Shown: positions 61,901 to 64,000 of the stretch, one piece after another
Numbering within the stretch: position 1 is the first letter of the stretch
Layout of the letters: every line of letters begins with the position of its first letter
Notes under the pieces: model-generated
The model's database searches: none
What the model saw: only the letters and a program-made list of their open reading frames with translations
Told to the model about the DNA's origin: nothing
Program-made: the position numbers and the translations under genes
Origin: a virus
Reading direction: 5' to 3' (one strand)
IMG/VR virus record: IMGVR_UViG_3300021598_001271
Coordinates: 25,267 to 89,266 of that record
Length of the DNA stretch: 64,000 nt

Positions 61901-64000
61901 TAATACCTGAGGTTCCCGACGTACCATTAATACCTGACGTACCACTAGTTCCTGAGGTACCTGAAGCACCATCAACCCCACTTGTACCTGAGGTGCCTGT
62001 AGTTCCACTTGTACCACTAGTTCCTGAAGTACCTGAAGTACCACTAGTTCCGTTAACACCTGATGTTCCTGATGTTCCTCTCGTACCTGAAGTACCTGAT
62101 GTACCGCTTGTTCCATTAACACCTGAAGTTCCACTAGTTCCTGTAGTTCCCGATGTACCGCTAGTACCATTAACACCTGATGTTCCTGAAGTACCTGATG
62201 TACCTGTAGTTCCTGATGTACCTGTAGTTCCTGAAGTTCCGCTCGTTCCATTCACCCCTGAAGTTCCTGAAGTTCCTGAAGTACCACTAGTTCCTGTAGT
62301 TCCCGATGTACCGCTAGTACCATTAACACCTGAAGTTCCTGAAGTTCCACTCGTACCTGTTGTACCTGATGTACCACTTGTTCCTGATGTACCGCTAGTA
62401 CCATTAACACCAGATGTTCCTGAAGTACCACTTGTTCCTCTTGTTCCTGAAGTACCACTAGTACCTGAAGTTCCACTTGTTCCATTTACACCACTAGTAC
62501 CTGAAGTTCCTGATGTTCCTCTTGTTCCTGATGTTCCGCTCGTTCCTGAAGTACCACTAGTTCCGCTTGTTCCCGAAGTCCCGTTAACTCCACTAGTACC
62601 TGATGTACCACTTGTACCTGATGTACCTGTAGTTCCACTTGTACCTGTTGTACCACTAGTTCCCGATGTACCGCTTGTTCCATTAACACCTGAAGTTCCT
62701 GAAGTACCTGTTGTTCCGCTAGTTCCTGACGTACCATTTACTCCACTTGTACCCGAAGTACCCGAAGTACCCGTTGTTCCTGAAGTACCACTAGTTCCTG
62801 ATGTTCCTCTTGTTCCTGATGTACCTGAAGTACCACTAGTTCCATTAATACCTGATGTACCGCTTGTACCTGAAGTTCCCGAAGCTCCATCAACGCCACT
62901 TGTTCCTGATGTTCCTGTAGTACCCGATGTTCCTGTAGTACCACTTGAACCTGATGTTCCGCTAGTACCTGATGTTCCTGTAGTACCACTTGTTCCCGTA
63001 GTTCCGCTAGTTCCTGATGTACCGCTTGTTCCATTAACACCTGAAGTTCCACTAGTTCCTGTAGTTCCCGATGTACCGCTTGTTCCATTAACACCTGAAG
63101 TTCCCGATGTACCTGACGTACCTGTTGTTCCACTTGTTCCTGACGTTCCACTAGTACCCGAAGTGCCACTAGTACCTGAAGTTCCGTTGATACCTGATGT
63201 CCCGCTAGTTCCTGAGGTACCTGTAGTTCCAGATGTACCGCTAGTACCATTTATACCTGATGTTCCACTTGTACCCGAAGTTCCTGACGTTCCACTAGTT
63301 CCATTAACTCCACTTGTCCCTGAAGTTCCTGATGTACCGCTAGTACCTGTAGTACCTGAAGTTCCTGATGTTCCGTTGATACCTGATGTCCCGCTAGTTC
63401 CTGAGGTACCTCTTGTACCTGAAGTTCCTGATGTACCGCTTGTACCTGATGTACCTGAAGCACCATCAACACCACTTGTTCCTGATGTTCCTGAAGTACC
63501 TGAAGTACCGCTTGTTCCTGTAGTACCACTTGTTCCTGATGTTCCATTAACACCTGATGTACCACTAGTAGCTGAAGTTCCTGATGTACCGCTTGTTCCT
63601 GTTGTTCCTGATGTACCGCTTGTTCCTGATGTACCGCTTGTTCCTGTTGTTCCGCTAGTTCCTGAGGTACCTGTAGTTCCACTAGTACCACTTGTTCCGT
63701 TAATACCTGATGTTCCACTTGTACCTGAAGTACCTGATGTACCGCTCGTTCCTGAAGTACCACTAGTTCCATTAACACCTGAAGTACCGCTAGTTCCTGA
63801 AGTTCCTGTTGTACCGCTCGTTCCTGATGTTCCACTTGTACCTGAAGTACCGTTGACCCCTGAAGTACCACTTGTACCTGAAGTTCCACTTGTTCCTGTG
63901 GTACCGCTAGTTCCTGATGTTCCACTTGTTCCTGTGGTACCGCTAGTTCCTGATGTTCCACTAGTACCTGAAGTACCACTAGTTCCATTAATACCTGATG
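58980..64000 (-). CDS. Giant (Gly-X-Y)n collagen-like fibre protein, 5'-truncated by the window
   Basis: The GTG at 62255 is internal: the frame stays in register to 63998 (at least 1672 aa). About 1450 aa of GTS/GTT/GVN/GIN/GTR triplets, then a ~215-aa Cys-containing C-terminal domain. Confidence 0.85.
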   Translation of the reverse strand, partial: SGINGTSGTSGTSGTSGTSGTTGTSGTSGTSGTTGTSGTSGTSGTSGVNGTSGTSGTSGTSGTTGTSGTSGTSGVNGTSGTSGTSGTSGTSGTSGTSGINGTSGTSGTTGTSGTSGTTGTSGTSGTSGTSGTTGTSGTSGTSATSGTSGVNGTSGTSGTTGTSGTSGTSGTSGTSGVDGASGTSGTSGTSGTSGTRGTSGTSGTSGINGTSGTSGTTGTSGTSGTSGTSGVNGTSGTSGTSGTSGTSGINGTSGTSGTTGTSGTSGTSGINGTSGTSGTSGTSGTSGTSGTTGTSGTSGTSGVNGTSGTSGTTGTSGTSGVNGTSGTSGTSGTTGTSGTTGTSGTSGTSGSSGTTGTSGTTGTSGTSGVDGASGTSGTSGTSGINGTSGTSGTSGTRGTSGTSGTSGTTGTSGTSGTSGVNGTSGTSGTTGTSGTSGVNGTSGTSGTSGTTGTSGTTGTSGTSGTSGTSGVNGTSGTSGTSGTSGTSGTSGTRGTSGTSGTSGVNGTSGTSGTSGTSGTRGTSGTSGTSGVNGTSGTSGTSGTSGTTGTSGTSGTSGVNGTSGTSGTTGTSGTSGTSGTSGVNGTSGTSGTTGTSGTTGTSGTSGTSGVNGTSGTSGTTGTSGTSGVNGTSGTSGTSGTRGTSGTSGVNGTSGTSGTSGTSGTSGTTGTSGTSGVDGASGTSGTSGTSGINGTSGTSGINGTSGTSGTTGTSGTSGINGTSGTSGTTGTSGTSGTSGTRGTSGTSGVNGTSGTSGTTGTSGTSGVNGTSGTSGTSGINGTSGTSGTTGTSGTSGINGTSGTSGTTGTSGTSGVNGTSGTSGTTGTSGTSGINGTSGTSGTTGTSGTSGVNGTSGTSGTSGTSGTRGTSGTSGVNGTSGTSGTTGTSGTSGINGTSGTSGTTGTSGTSGVNGTSGTSGTSGVDGASGTSGTSGTSGVNGTSGTSGVNGTSGTSGTSGTSGTSGTRGTSGTSGVNGTSGTSGVNGTSGTSGTTGTSGTSGVNGTSGTSGTSGINGTSGTSGTTGTSGTSGVNGTSGTSGVNGTSGTSGTSGVNGTSGTSGTTGTSGTSGVNGTSGTSGTSGTSGTRGTSGTSGVNGTSGTSGTSGVNGTSGTSGTSGINGTSGTSGTSGVNGTSGTSGTSGVDGASGTSGTSGTSGTSGINGTSGTSGTSGTRGTSGTSGINGTPGTPGTSGTSGTSGVNGTSGTSGTSGVNGTSGTSGTSGVNGTSGTSGTSGTSGTRGTSGTSGINGTPGTPGTSGTSGTSGVNGTSGTSGTSGANGSPGTPGTSGTSGTSGVNGTSGTSGTSGANGSPGTPGTSGTSGTSGTSGVNGGPGTPGTSGTSGTSGTSGTRGTSGTSGVNGGPGTPGTSGTSGTSGTSGVNGGPGTPGTSGTSGTSGTSGTRGTSGTSGVNGTPGTNGTPGSNGTSGTSGTSGATIVGPPGPPGPTGTSGTSGTSGGGGGGSISIKDEGTTVVGTATSVNFVGTCVNVTDAGGGQANVTLGQKWVIASHSGAFEEEPNQNSVVYWVGDRTCGWDSCTLNIPTALAREKTDPIDAQYVNVGIPCPWYLYNGDVIEVCGIAQCTGADSSNLFGCAIGRFSCADAASIDPVTVTHLADTSEAFSNATGVVCFNTSYTIGDTLEPCDTLFVLGFNTTNLSIGGTVKFSYTFKVTRGCTS
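59640..64000 (-). repeat. 9-bp-period coding tandem repeat (GGN-ACN-TCA/AGY)
   Basis: Plus-strand units such as cctgaagtt, cctgatgta, ccactagta and ccacttgtt over about 4.3 kb. Confidence 0.95.

Noticed and set aside
59699-63988. Series of V/Q/E/L-rich minus-strand ORFs
   Set aside because: Alternative-frame shadows of the GTS repeat, whose own frame is uninterrupted.
59640-64000. CRISPR array or satellite DNA
   Set aside because: 9-bp period with third-position variation and no unique spacers; it is a coding repeat, and no cas genes are present.
1-64000. Stop-codon reassignment as in some large Bacteroidota phages
   Set aside because: Conserved genes are full-length in code 11, and TAG (7656, 10484) and TGA (8387) end genes at normal boundaries.
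1-64000. Cellular (bacterial) origin
   Set aside because: Housekeeping-like genes are isolated among phage-type hypotheticals, a gp46/47-primase-resolvase block and structural genes; no bacterial operons are present.
1-64000. tRNA genes, introns, inteins, transposases, diversity-generating retroelement
   Set aside because: No cloverleaf, split conserved gene, reverse transcriptase or transposase motif seen by eye; tRNAscan and Infernal were not run.

Overview
AT-rich, gene-dense, mostly minus-strand segment of a large (jumbo-type) tailed phage genome. The host is most likely Bacteroidota: TAnnTTTG promoters, AT-rich leaders with no Shine-Dalgarno, a Bacteroidota-type RpoD sigma, an Hc1-like protein and SprB-like repeats. 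Standard code 11 reads all genes without interruption. Left arm (1-32 kb): smpB beside a ~900-nt structured non-coding RNA (GOLLD-like) preceded by three tandem promoters, a lytic transglycosylase, a DHH-like/SET fusion, two DNA methyltransferases, glutamine synthetase II, a degenerate MetK-like protein, Grx/Trx, DnaJ, a putative lysis block, a sigma factor and many hypothetical proteins sharing an N-terminal I/L-x-E motif. Middle (32-40 kb): SbcCD/gp46-47, PD-(D/E)XK nuclease, primase, RuvC-like resolvase. Right arm (40-64 kb): putative virion proteins rich in Cys modules and Pro-Thr linkers, then a glycosylation cluster (a plant HPAT/SGT1-like transferase, a five-domain FkbM-GT32-GT-A-GT4-TibC-like enzyme, an FkbM methyltransferase, a 2OG-Fe(II) hydroxylase), and a >1,670-aa (Gly-Thr-Ser)n collagen-like fibre that runs off the window end. 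Best candidates for a new system: (1) this phage-encoded extensin/collagen-style virion glycoprotein pathway; (2) the giant ncRNA-smpB locus. All family assignments come from motif recognition by eye, not from database searches.
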